From a candidate division WOR-3 bacterium (lineage in GTDB: Bacteria; Hydrothermota; Tepidihabitantia; Tepidihabitantales; Tepidihabitantaceae): 52,907 nucleotides of DNA. The notes below the pieces were generated by a model. The model saw only the letters and a program-made list of their open reading frames with translations. It did not search any database and was not told the origin of the DNA. Each line of letters starts with the position of its first letter. Position 1 is the stretch's first letter. Shown here one piece after another: positions 37,323 through 46,489 of the stretch. The translations under genes were made by a program, and so were the position numbers. The stretch covers positions 1 through 52,907 of the forward strand of contig CBFGJX010000020.1 in assembly GCA_965649225.1 (NCBI GenBank), in the 5' to 3' direction.

Positions 37323-39788
37323 GTGAAAAAACCGATTGGTTGTTTGGCGACGTTTCTTTGTATGCTGGTGTCAGTTTCCCTGGGCCAGCCGTCTTCCGGC
37401 GCCCGCCCTGACCCCGAACAGATGCCGCGCGGCCGCATCACCGGCCAGGTTTACGACAGTCAGCAGAACGAACCGGTAGAATACGCCAACATCGTCCTCA
37501 TCCGCCAGCGGGACTCTACTCAGGTCACCGGCACTGTCTCCCGCGCTGACGGACGGTTCGACATTACCGGCGTACCCCCCGGCCGCTATTCAGTCGAAGT
37601 TTCGTTTATCGGTTATCGGCCACGCACCGTCCGCGACGTCCAGCTTGCCCCTGGCGCAACGGTTGATATCGGCCGGATTGATCTCCGTCAGATTGCCGTG
37701 GCGGTTGAGGGCGTCGAGGCCCGGGCCGAAAAACCCGAACTAACCTATCGCATCGACAAGAAGGTCATCGAGGTCGCCGGCCGGCCCAGCGCTGAGGCCG
37801 GCACCGCCGTCGATGTGCTGGAAAACGTCCCGTCAGTCAAGGTGGACGTCGAAGGCAATGTCACCCTGCGCGGCAGCAGCAACTTCAAAGTACTGATTGA
37901 CGGCCGGCCGTCACCGCTGGACCCGAACGACGCCCTCCAGTCGGTCCCTTCCGCAACTATTGACCGTATCGAACTCATCACCAACCCCTCGGCCCGGTAC
38001 GAACCTGAAGGTGTTTCAGGCATTGTCAACATCATTCTAAAGAAACAACGCAGTATGGGCCTGAGCGGTGTCTTCAATGCCAACGGCGGGTCCACCGGCC
38101 GGCTCGGCGGCGATGGGTTGCTGTCATGGCGTTCCGACAAAGTCGGGCTGCTGCTCAGCGGCGGCTACAATCAGAACCGCAACCCGGCGACCGGCAGTAA
38201 CTATCGTGAGACCTGGCAGGTTGGTTCAACCGGCGATACTACCCGCCAGTACCTGCTGGCTGAAGGCGACAATCTCTGGGGCGGCCGGTTCTACAACCTG
38301 CGCGGCAGTGGCGAGTTTCGCTGGTCCGAAAACGACCGCACCAGTCTGTCGCTCCGGGCCGGCGGCCGGGACTTTGGCAATTCGCGCGACGCCGACTACC
38401 GGAAATGGAGTTCGATCGGCTCCGACACCTCCAGTTATGTCACCAGCAGTTCCGGCAACCGCGGCGGCGGATTCTACTCCGCCACCGCCGACCATCAGCA
38501 CAAATTCGCTGGTCGCGAGGGTCACGAACTGACCGCCACCGCCGAATTCAATCTCCGTACCGGCCGGGACTCGACATTGACCGAACTCCGCTCCGGCGGG
38601 CTGATTACCAGCGGCCAGAAAACCATTGAAGTCGGTCCAGGCGGCCGGGCTGCGTTCCAGCTCGACTACGCCCTGCCACTGCGCCGCAAAGACAAACTCG
38701 AGGCCGGTTACAGCCTCAACTACCACGCCCGCTCCGATACATCCGATTTCTACCAGTACGACACCGTCGTGAATCAGTACGTTTACCGTCCTGATTACAG
38801 CTACGCTGCTACCTTCAACGAAGCCGTGCATGCGCTGTATGCAACCTACGCGGCTGACCTGGGCCGGTTCGGGGTCAAACCCGGGCTGCGGGCCGAATAC
38901 AACGACCGGTCAACCGCCACCAACGGAACAATCGGTGCCGAACTGCGCGAACTCGGCCTGTTCCCCAGCATTCACCTCTCCTATGACCTGCCGGCCCAGC
39001 AACAGCTGATGGCCTCCTACGTCCGGCGCATCGACCGCCCCCGCGGCTGGGACATCCAGCCCGGCATCCGCCGGCTTGATCCCTACAACGCCATGGAAGG
39101 CAATCCGGCACTCAAACCCCAGAATATCAACTCCTTCGAACTCGGGTATCAACTGCCGTTCGGCGGGAACCGACTCTCAATCGAGGGATACCTGCGCACA
39201 ACCGAAAACCTGATTCAACGCTTCAATCGCATCGACAGCACCGACTCCAACGTCCTGATCGGCCAGCCGCGCAATGTCGGCTCCGACCGCTCACTGGGAA
39301 TTGAGCTGCTTGCTGATCTCAATCCCGTCCGACTTCTCAACATCAACCTGACCGGCACAATCTACGACTACCGGCTCGAAACCGGTACCGGCGTCACAAA
39401 AACCAGCTTCAACTGGAACGGCAGGATGACAGCGGAATTGCGGCTGCCGACAATGACGCGGATTCAGCTCATCGGCGACTACGAAAGTCCATCGGTCACC
39501 GCTCAGGGCACCAGTTCGGCCGAGTTTGGTCTCGACGCCGCAGTCCGCCAGTCGCTGTTCGGCCGCCGGCTGGCAATCGCAGCCCAGGCCCGCGACCTGC
39601 TGGGCACGAATCGTCACGACTTCACATCGTCTGGTGACGGCTTCTACACTTCGCTCAGCTTTCGCCGCCCTTGGCCGGTCTTCTCTCTCAGCCTGACCTA
39701 TAACTTCAACAATTACCGTCCCGACCGGCGCCGCCGCGATAGCGGGACCATCGAAATGCTGGACGAGGGCGACGATAACGGGTTTTAG
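37323..39788 (+). CDS. TonB-dependent receptor
   Basis: N-terminal carboxypeptidase-regulatory-like domain (SFIGY), plug DVLENVPSV...IELITNPSARY...GIVNIILKK, and beta-barrel with GLRAEY, GNPALKP and LTYNF. Confidence 0.92.
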   Translation: MKKPIGCLATFLCMLVSVSLGQPSSGARPDPEQMPRGRITGQVYDSQQNEPVEYANIVLIRQRDSTQVTGTVSRADGRFDITGVPPGRYSVEVSFIGYRPRTVRDVQLAPGATVDIGRIDLRQIAVAVEGVEARAEKPELTYRIDKKVIEVAGRPSAEAGTAVDVLENVPSVKVDVEGNVTLRGSSNFKVLIDGRPSPLDPNDALQSVPSATIDRIELITNPSARYEPEGVSGIVNIILKKQRSMGLSGVFNANGGSTGRLGGDGLLSWRSDKVGLLLSGGYNQNRNPATGSNYRETWQVGSTGDTTRQYLLAEGDNLWGGRFYNLRGSGEFRWSENDRTSLSLRAGGRDFGNSRDADYRKWSSIGSDTSSYVTSSSGNRGGGFYSATADHQHKFAGREGHELTATAEFNLRTGRDSTLTELRSGGLITSGQKTIEVGPGGRAAFQLDYALPLRRKDKLEAGYSLNYHARSDTSDFYQYDTVVNQYVYRPDYSYAATFNEAVHALYATYAADLGRFGVKPGLRAEYNDRSTATNGTIGAELRELGLFPSIHLSYDLPAQQQLMASYVRRIDRPRGWDIQPGIRRLDPYNAMEGNPALKPQNINSFELGYQLPFGGNRLSIEGYLRTTENLIQRFNRIDSTDSNVLIGQPRNVGSDRSLGIELLADLNPVRLLNINLTGTIYDYRLETGTGVTKTSFNWNGRMTAELRLPTMTRIQLIGDYESPSVTAQGTSSAEFGLDAAVRQSLFGRRLAIAAQARDLLGTNRHDFTSSGDGFYTSLSFRRPWPVFSLSLTYNFNNYRPDRRRRDSGTIEMLDEGDDNGF

Positions 39789-39868
39789 GTTCGGTTCGAC
39801 CAAAGCCGTTGACACCGTCGGTCCGTTGCTGACAACCCTAATTCTCGTTGCGTAAGTCCCGATATGTG

Positions 39869-39896
39869 TTGACAGTGCACGGCACCGCTCTATAAT
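39869..39896 (+). promoter_or_regulatory. Consensus sigma70 promoter, leaderless geometry
   Basis: TTGACA-16 bp-TATAAT-8 nt-ATG(39905), with no SD sequence. Confidence 0.8.
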
Positions 39897-39904
39897 TTAG
39901 TTGG

Positions 39905-41053
39905 ATGACCGACGAAGAATTCTTCGATTCACTCCTTGCCGAGTGTATCAAGCGGAACGCGTCTGACCTCCACCTGACTGTTGGTCGCCCTCCGACGCTG
40001 CGACTCGACGGTTATCTGCATGCGGTTGAGCAATGTCCGGTATTGACCCCGGACATGACCGAAAGCTTCAAGAACATCGCTACCAAAGACCTCAAACACC
40101 TCCGGGCTCAGATTGACAACGGCGGCGGCGGCGACTTCGCTCTCAACTACAAGAACATGGCGCGCTTCCGGGTGGCGGTTTACAAGCAGAAGGGCTATTT
40201 CGGCATGGCTCTCCGGCTGATTCCGCGCCGCATCATCCCCTTCGAAGAACTCTTCCATTCGTCCCATCTGATACCGCGCATCAAAAACCTGCTCGACCGT
40301 CCCCACGGCCTCATCCTGGTAACCGGGCCGACCGGCCAGGGGAAAACCACCACTCAGGCTACATTCGTCGACTACATTCTGGAAAGCCCGCGCCACGTTC
40401 TCACCATCGAAGACCCGATCGAGTTCCCCCACGACCACAAGAACGGGCTGGTTACTCAGCGCGAAGTCGGTGTCGACGTTTCCTCGTTCCGTGAAGCCAT
40501 CATGAAGGGCCTCCGTTCCAACCCCAACGTCATTCTGGTGGCTGAAATCCGCGACCTGGCCACGGCCGAAGCAACCATCTGGGCCGCTGAATCCGGCCAC
40601 CTGGTCATCGGCACTCTGCACACCACCAATGCAGCGGAAACGGTCACCCGTTTCATCGACATCTTCCCGCCGGAAATCCGGGACCAGATCCGGATTCAGT
40701 TCTCAATCTCTCTGCTGGCCGTATTCTCGCAGCGACTGCTGATCAAAGCCGGTGGCAAGGGCCGGGTCGGCTGCTACGAGATCATGGTAGCAACGCCGGC
40801 AGTCCGTAACCTGATCCGGGAACGCAAGATTGAACACCTGCCATCTGCAATCCAGACCGGCACCGCCGAAGGCAGCATCTCTTTTGATGCCTATCTGGCC
40901 GAGCTCTACCGCGGCGGCAAAGTCACCTACGAAACCGCCATTGCTTCGGCATTCGACCCGAAGGGATTCCGCGACCTGATTGAGTTTGGCGCCAAGGCCG
41001 CTCAGGCCGAACAACGGCGCGGTTCCACCATCACCGGCGGATTCAACCGCTAA
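39905..41053 (+). CDS. pilT: Type IV pilus retraction ATPase PilT/PilU family
   Basis: ASDLHL, GPTGQGKTTT, TIEDPIEF, QREVG, GHLVIGTLHT and AVRNLIRE motifs. Confidence 0.9.
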   Translation: MTDEEFFDSLLAECIKRNASDLHLTVGRPPTLRLDGYLHAVEQCPVLTPDMTESFKNIATKDLKHLRAQIDNGGGGDFALNYKNMARFRVAVYKQKGYFGMALRLIPRRIIPFEELFHSSHLIPRIKNLLDRPHGLILVTGPTGQGKTTTQATFVDYILESPRHVLTIEDPIEFPHDHKNGLVTQREVGVDVSSFREAIMKGLRSNPNVILVAEIRDLATAEATIWAAESGHLVIGTLHTTNAAETVTRFIDIFPPEIRDQIRIQFSISLLAVFSQRLLIKAGGKGRVGCYEIMVATPAVRNLIRERKIEHLPSAIQTGTAEGSISFDAYLAELYRGGKVTYETAIASAFDPKGFRDLIEFGAKAAQAEQRRGSTITGGFNR

Positions 41054-41107
41054 CCGATCGCCGGTAACCTGTCAGTTAAAAAGAGAACCGCAGTGTCGCG
41101 CCGGTTA

Positions 41108-41791
41108 TCAAAGTTCCCAGCGCCGGCGGCTGATGACATAGAGAGCGCCGTTGCTCATCTCGGACCAGCCGACATCACCGATGCTCAGCCGCTGGGTTGC
41201 TATCGCCCGTAACGACTCGCCAACACCGTACCACAACCCTCCATCATCACGATAGCGGGAACTGGCAATCAGCAGATCGGCACTGAGCAGCAGGAAACAT
41301 AGTTCGGTCTCGCCTTCGAGCGACTGCAACGACTGTTCAATTGACTCTGCCGGTGTTTCCAGCTTCAGGTCGGAGAGCAGATGCAGGAACAACCGTTCAC
41401 CGGGATTGTGGCCATCGACAATCCGCCCGCCGGTCGATATCAACTCTGCACGCTTGAGCCTGCCCGCGTTGCAGAAGGCCCATTGCCGGTCAAACTCACG
41501 CCGGACGAATGGCGCCATATCCCGCGGGCTCGACATCCCGCCGGCGGCATAACAGAACATCGCCATATCGCTGCGGACATCCGCCAGCCGGTCAAACTCC
41601 GGGTCACCTGCCGGGTGCCGCGGCGAGCGCACAACCTCCAGGCGATTGCCATAGCACCATGCCGCACCCCAGGCATGACTGATTTCCCCCGGCGAACCAG
41701 CCGTAACCGGCGCCGGACCAGCCAGCTCGAGCAGTGCCGCCTGTGCATCGGTCATACGAAACCGACCGGCGAGCAGCAGGAATCCGTTCAT
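41108..41791 (-). CDS. Degenerate class II glutamine amidotransferase-like (Ntn fold) protein
   Basis: HAWGAAW, APF, WAFCNAG and GERLF echo the YafJ/EgtC pattern, but the N-terminal Cys is absent. Confidence 0.55.
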   Translation of the reverse strand: MNGFLLLAGRFRMTDAQAALLELAGPAPVTAGSPGEISHAWGAAWCYGNRLEVVRSPRHPAGDPEFDRLADVRSDMAMFCYAAGGMSSPRDMAPFVRREFDRQWAFCNAGRLKRAELISTGGRIVDGHNPGERLFLHLLSDLKLETPAESIEQSLQSLEGETELCFLLLSADLLIASSRYRDDGGLWYGVGESLRAIATQRLSIGDVGWSEMSNGALYVISRRRWEL

Positions 41792-42273
41792 CACAATCCC
41801 GCTCCCAGCTCCACCCGGCCGATGCCGGCTCGCAGATAAATCGGCCGGCCGGCAAACCGCATCTGCTGATCGAATCCGTACAGCTTGGCCGAAACATAGG
41901 CGTCCGCCATCGAAAACACCACGACACTGCCGGTCCACCACAGCCAGGTCGTCCGCCAGTCCCGATGAAAAGCGTAGGCGGTGGTGTCACCGCGCAACAG
42001 CGCCTCACGGGCAAAACGATGCTGCCGGAGTACCAGACCACCCAGCAGCAGCTCTGTCGGTGCAATCAAAGCCGCCTTCCAGTACTGACGATTGTACAGC
42101 TGCCCGCCGCCGGGCAGCGCCAGCGACAGCACCAGAGCCAGGCTCGGCGAGTGACGACGACCGGTTATCGAACTGTCTGAAATCCCGGCACTTCTGCCAG
42201 TAACCGAATCAACCGGCACGGCAGGGGTCGCCGCCACCAGCGCCGCCGCCACCAAGCCAAATTGGATTGTCAC
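41791..42273 (-). CDS. Membrane protein, DUF5683-like
   Basis: SPSLALVLSLALPGGGQLYNRQYWKA...SMADAYVSAKL. Confidence 0.75.
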   Translation of the reverse strand: MTIQFGLVAAALVAATPAVPVDSVTGRSAGISDSSITGRRHSPSLALVLSLALPGGGQLYNRQYWKAALIAPTELLLGGLVLRQHRFAREALLRGDTTAYAFHRDWRTTWLWWTGSVVVFSMADAYVSAKLYGFDQQMRFAGRPIYLRAGIGRVELGAGL

Positions 42274-42818
42274 TGTTTGAGAACTATCAGTTCAACCCGC
42301 CGATTCGCCGACCGTTCACCGGGTGTGTTGCCGGCGGCGACTGGACGGGTCTCGCCGGCACTCGCAACCAGCATCCGCTGCGGTAGTATGCCCATGGTCA
42401 GCAGTACCCGGGCAACCGCTGCCGCGCGGGCAGCACCGTGTTCCCAGGTACCAGTAAAACCGGCCCGGTTGCCGGCATCGGTATGACCGATGATTACCAC
42501 CGGGCCGGTGCCGGCCTGCAGCGTCGGCAGATAACTGCGCAGAGCCGTTTCGCCATCCTTGGTAACCTGAGGGTTATCGCCGGGTGCAAACAACTCCGGC
42601 CAGGTGAATGAGACTTTGACCAGCGTATCACCGCCTCGCTGCAGCGTGCGCAGACTCTCGGTCAAGGCCTCGACCTGTCCCAGCCACATGGCAATCTCAG
42701 CCCGTTGACGGCGACCGGTTTCCAGTCGCGGCAGATAGGCGAAGTTGTAAAACAGCAGGAATCCGGCCGCAAGGAGCAGGAACAGCGCCCAGCCCGAACT
42801 GCTCCATACCGAACGCAT
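42270..42818 (-). CDS. OmpA/MotB family peptidoglycan-binding protein
   Basis: N-terminal TM helix and IIGHTD...ARAAAVAR...GETRPVA.GNT...NRRVELI. ATG at 42818. Confidence 0.85.
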   Translation of the reverse strand: MRSVWSSSGWALFLLLAAGFLLFYNFAYLPRLETGRRQRAEIAMWLGQVEALTESLRTLQRGGDTLVKVSFTWPELFAPGDNPQVTKDGETALRSYLPTLQAGTGPVVIIGHTDAGNRAGFTGTWEHGAARAAAVARVLLTMGILPQRMLVASAGETRPVAAGNTPGERSANRRVELIVLKQ

Positions 42819-42822
42819 CGCA

Positions 42823-45468
42823 CTAACTCCAGCTCGCCAGCTGCCGTTCCAGCCGGGCCAGCTTCGCGGCGAGATCGGCACGCCGCTGCCGCTCTGCCTC
42901 GACGACCTCGGCCCGGGCCCGTTCGGCGAAATTCGGATTGGCGAACTTCGCATCGATGGCGGCGATCAGCCGCCCCAGTTCGGCGATTTCCTTCTGAATC
43001 CGGGCTGTCTCGCGGGCGAAATCGACAATCCCCTCCAGCGGCACCAGTACTTCGCATCCGGCAACGACTGCCAGTGCCGAGTGAGCCGGCCGGCGGTCGG
43101 AAAACTCAAGGCTGGCAACGCCTGCCCCCTCACTGATCAATGCCTGATGACGGGAAAGAAAGTCAACAAAACCCGGTTCTGCACCCTGAATGATTATGCC
43201 GACTCTTGTTTTTGCCGGAACATTGACCTCGGCGCGAATGTTGCGAACCGCAACGATGATCTCACGCATCCTTGCAACCAGCCCCGTCACCCCGGCATCG
43301 GCGACAAGCGGCTGCGGCCAGGCTGCCCGCAGTATCGAACCCGCCGCCCCCGCGTCTTGCGCGAACCCGAGTCGATGCCACAGCTCTTCGGTGATAAACG
43401 GCATCAGCGGGTGCATCATTCGCAAAGTGCCGCTGAGGACCTCGGCCAGCGTCGCCCGCACTGCCGGGTCATCGGCCTTCAGTCTGACTTTGGCGAACTC
43501 CAGATACCAGTCGCACAGGTCGTGCCAGAAGAAATCATAGATTGCCTGTGCCGCAACCGAAAAGGTGTAACGTTCCAAAGCCGTATCAACGCGCTGCAGT
43601 GTCTCATTGAACCGGGTCCGGATCCAATGGTCAACCGGCTGCAGCAACTCGGTCGGCTGGGACAAATCCGTTGCCGGTTGAGCCAGATGCGCCGCCGCCA
43701 GCCGACAGGCATTCCAGATCTTGTTGCAGAAATTCCGCCCCAGCTCGAACCGCTCATCCCACAACCGGTAGCTCTGCGACTGACTCTCAAGATAGCAGAT
43801 CGTGAACCGGGCGGCATCGGTGCCGTAGCGGTCGAAAATCACCAGCGGGTCAACCCCGATGCCCTTACTGCGGCTCATCCGGGCGCCGGTCTTGTCCAGC
43901 ACGGTCGAGTGAATGTACACGTCCTTGAACGGTACCCTGCCGGTAAACTCGAGCGCCGAGAAAATCATCCGGGCTTCCCAGCGGAAGATGATGTCCGGGT
44001 CGGTAGTGAGAAAATCGGTCGGATAAAACTTCCGGTAGTCGGGCGAATCCTCATCCGGCCAACCCATTGTCGAAAACGGCCACAATGCCGATGAAAACCA
44101 CGTATCAAGCACATCCTCGTCCTGCCTGATGTCGGCCCCGCCGCATTTCGGACAGACAGTCGGGTCGCTGCGACTGACAATCACCTCGCCACAGGAACAA
44201 TACCAGACCGGAATGCGGTGTCCCCACCACAGCTGGCGCGAAATGCACCAGTCGCGGATATTGCGCATCCAGTCGAGATAGACCTTGTTCCAGCGTTCGG
44301 GATGAAAACGTACCCGGCCATCCTCCACTGCCCGGATTGCCGGCTCGGCCAGCGGTGCCATCCGTACCCACCACTGCATTGACGCCAGCGGCTCGATGAC
44401 GGTCTCGCAACGGTCACAGGTGCCGACGGCGTGCTGATAATCCTCCACCTTCTCCAGCAGCCCGGCGGCGGTCAGGTCAGCCAGCACCCGCTCGCGACAC
44501 TCTTCACGGGTGAGCCCGCGGTAGGGCGGCGGCACCAGTTCTGTCATCCGGGCATCATCGCCGATAACCTTGATTCGCTCCAATCCGTGACGCTCGCCGA
44601 TTTCGAAGTCAACCGGGTCATGGGCCGGCGTGACCTTCACCGCGCCGGTACCAAACCCGGCCTCGACGGCGCGATCGGCAATCACCGGTATCAACCGGTC
44701 GGTCAGCGGCAACCGCAGTGTCCGTCCGACCGCCCCCCGCAGTCGCTCATCGTCGGGATTCACCGCCACCGCCGTGTCACCCAGCATGGTCTCGGGTCGA
44801 GTCGTCGCCACTACCAGCGCCCCGTTGCCATCGGCAAACGGATAACGAATGTACCAGAGATGGGCCTTCTCTTCCTGATATTTGACTTCCAGGTCGGAAA
44901 CCGCAGTGCCGCAGCGCGGACACCAGTTGACAATCCGCAACCCGCGATAGATCAGCCCCTTCTCGTAGTACCGGACAAAGGCCTCGCGCACCGCTCGCGA
45001 CAGGCCCTCATCCATCGTGAACCGCAACCGGGTCCAGTCAAGGGCACAACCCAGCCGCCGGAGCTGATTGACAATCTCGCCGCCGTAACGCTCCTTCCAC
45101 TCCCAGGCCCGCCGCAGAAACTCTTCCCGGCCGAGATCGAAACGGGTCTTGCCTTCCCGGGCCAGCATCCGCTCAACCTTGACCTGGGTACCGATACCGG
45201 CATGGTCCATTCCCGGCAGCCACAGTGTCTCATATCCCTGCATCTTCTTGCGCCGGATCAGGATATCGGGCAGCGAGTTGTCCAGCGCGTGACCCATGTG
45301 CAGCGAACCGGTTACATTCGGCGGTGGTATGACGATTGAGTACTTCGGCTTGGTCGAATAGGGGTCAGCGGTGAAAAAGCCGCTGGCCTCCCAGAACCGG
45401 TACCATTTCTCCTCTACCGGACCGGGATCGTACTTGGCCGGAAAGTCAGCTTCAACTATCTTGGTCAC
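42823..45468 (-). CDS. valS: Valine--tRNA ligase
   Basis: PPPNVTGSLHMGH, ATTRPET, DWCISRQLWWGHRIP, DTWFSS, CDWYLE motifs and a C-terminal coiled coil. Confidence 0.97.
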   Translation of the reverse strand: MTKIVEADFPAKYDPGPVEEKWYRFWEASGFFTADPYSTKPKYSIVIPPPNVTGSLHMGHALDNSLPDILIRRKKMQGYETLWLPGMDHAGIGTQVKVERMLAREGKTRFDLGREEFLRRAWEWKERYGGEIVNQLRRLGCALDWTRLRFTMDEGLSRAVREAFVRYYEKGLIYRGLRIVNWCPRCGTAVSDLEVKYQEEKAHLWYIRYPFADGNGALVVATTRPETMLGDTAVAVNPDDERLRGAVGRTLRLPLTDRLIPVIADRAVEAGFGTGAVKVTPAHDPVDFEIGERHGLERIKVIGDDARMTELVPPPYRGLTREECRERVLADLTAAGLLEKVEDYQHAVGTCDRCETVIEPLASMQWWVRMAPLAEPAIRAVEDGRVRFHPERWNKVYLDWMRNIRDWCISRQLWWGHRIPVWYCSCGEVIVSRSDPTVCPKCGGADIRQDEDVLDTWFSSALWPFSTMGWPDEDSPDYRKFYPTDFLTTDPDIIFRWEARMIFSALEFTGRVPFKDVYIHSTVLDKTGARMSRSKGIGVDPLVIFDRYGTDAARFTICYLESQSQSYRLWDERFELGRNFCNKIWNACRLAAAHLAQPATDLSQPTELLQPVDHWIRTRFNETLQRVDTALERYTFSVAAQAIYDFFWHDLCDWYLEFAKVRLKADDPAVRATLAEVLSGTLRMMHPLMPFITEELWHRLGFAQDAGAAGSILRAAWPQPLVADAGVTGLVARMREIIVAVRNIRAEVNVPAKTRVGIIIQGAEPGFVDFLSRHQALISEGAGVASLEFSDRRPAHSALAVVAGCEVLVPLEGIVDFARETARIQKEIAELGRLIAAIDAKFANPNFAERARAEVVEAERQRRADLAAKLARLERQLASWS

Positions 45469-45477
45469 AATGCTGGG

Positions 45478-45505
45478 ATTATAAAATGGAGTCCGGACGC
45501 GTCAA
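45478..45505 (-). promoter_or_regulatory. valS promoter overlapping the upstream gene's stop codon
   Basis: TTGACG-16 bp-TATAAT-9 nt-GTG(45468). Confidence 0.7.
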
Positions 45506-46489
45506 ATCCCGAAAACAGCATTCCGACCCGCCCGCCACCGGTGGACATTCGCCGGCACTGTGAGCGTCCAGCCAGTCAAGCAGCTCGGAAATTCTGCCTT
45601 GGGCCAGCCCGATGCAGGTATCGGCAGCGCCGTAATAGACATTGAGACTGTCGCCATCGTCAGCCACTGTCGTCCCGCAGATAAACACGACGTCGGCGAC
45701 ATCGCCCTGCCGCTCCCACGGCTCCCGCGGCCCCAGCACCCATTCATCACTGCGGGCCAGGCACCGCGCCGGGTCGGCCAGGTCGAACAGCGCCAGCCCC
45801 TGCCGATAGAGACAGCCGGCGGCAGTCAGTCTCACCCCGTGGTAGAATGCGAGCCAGCCCCGGCTGGTTTCGATCAGTGGTCCGCTCAACCCAACCTTGT
45901 TGGCATCCCACCAGGCACCCCTTCGCGGAGTCAAAACCGGCCGGTGTCGGCCCCAGTGCACCAAGTCCGGCGAATCGGCCAGCCAGATGCTCGCACCAAG
46001 ACCGGTGTTAGGCCGATGGACCATCAACCAGCGGCCGCCAAATTGTCGCGGCAGCAGCGCGGCATCCTTGTCTTCCGGCGGCATCACGACGCCGACCCGT
46101 TCAAAAGTTCGAAAATCCTCGGTCAATGCCAGCGCGACTGCCGGTCCGGCAGGCGAATAGGCGGTATAGGTCACCGCAAAGACCTTCTTCTCCTCCAGCC
46201 AGACAATCCGCGGGTCCTCAACCCCCCAGCATTCCTCAGGATGACCGTACGGGTCGGGTGGAAATGTCGGCTCGGGGTCAATCTGCCAGCCATCGACTCC
46301 ATTCTCGGAACGCGCCACCCACAGCGATGAAATACCGCGCCGGTCCTCAACCCGGCACAACAGCAGCGTCGAACCATCATTCAGCCGCACCGCCCCGGGA
46401 TTGAAAACCGAATTGACGGTATGCGGCCAATTGTCAGCATGCAGTATCGGCCCGCGCCGGACCAGCAGGCCGTCGGTCGGACTCATCAT
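45479..46489 (-). CDS. GH130/PH1107-like glycosidase or phosphorylase
   Basis: VFNPGA, GVEDPRI, EDKDAAL, YHGV, GDVADVVF and YYGAADT motifs. Confidence 0.88.
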   Translation of the reverse strand: MMSPTDGLLVRRGPILHADNWPHTVNSVFNPGAVRLNDGSTLLLCRVEDRRGISSLWVARSENGVDGWQIDPEPTFPPDPYGHPEECWGVEDPRIVWLEEKKVFAVTYTAYSPAGPAVALALTEDFRTFERVGVVMPPEDKDAALLPRQFGGRWLMVHRPNTGLGASIWLADSPDLVHWGRHRPVLTPRRGAWWDANKVGLSGPLIETSRGWLAFYHGVRLTAAGCLYRQGLALFDLADPARCLARSDEWVLGPREPWERQGDVADVVFICGTTVADDGDSLNVYYGAADTCIGLAQGRISELLDWLDAHSAGECPPVAGGSECCFRDLTRPDSIL

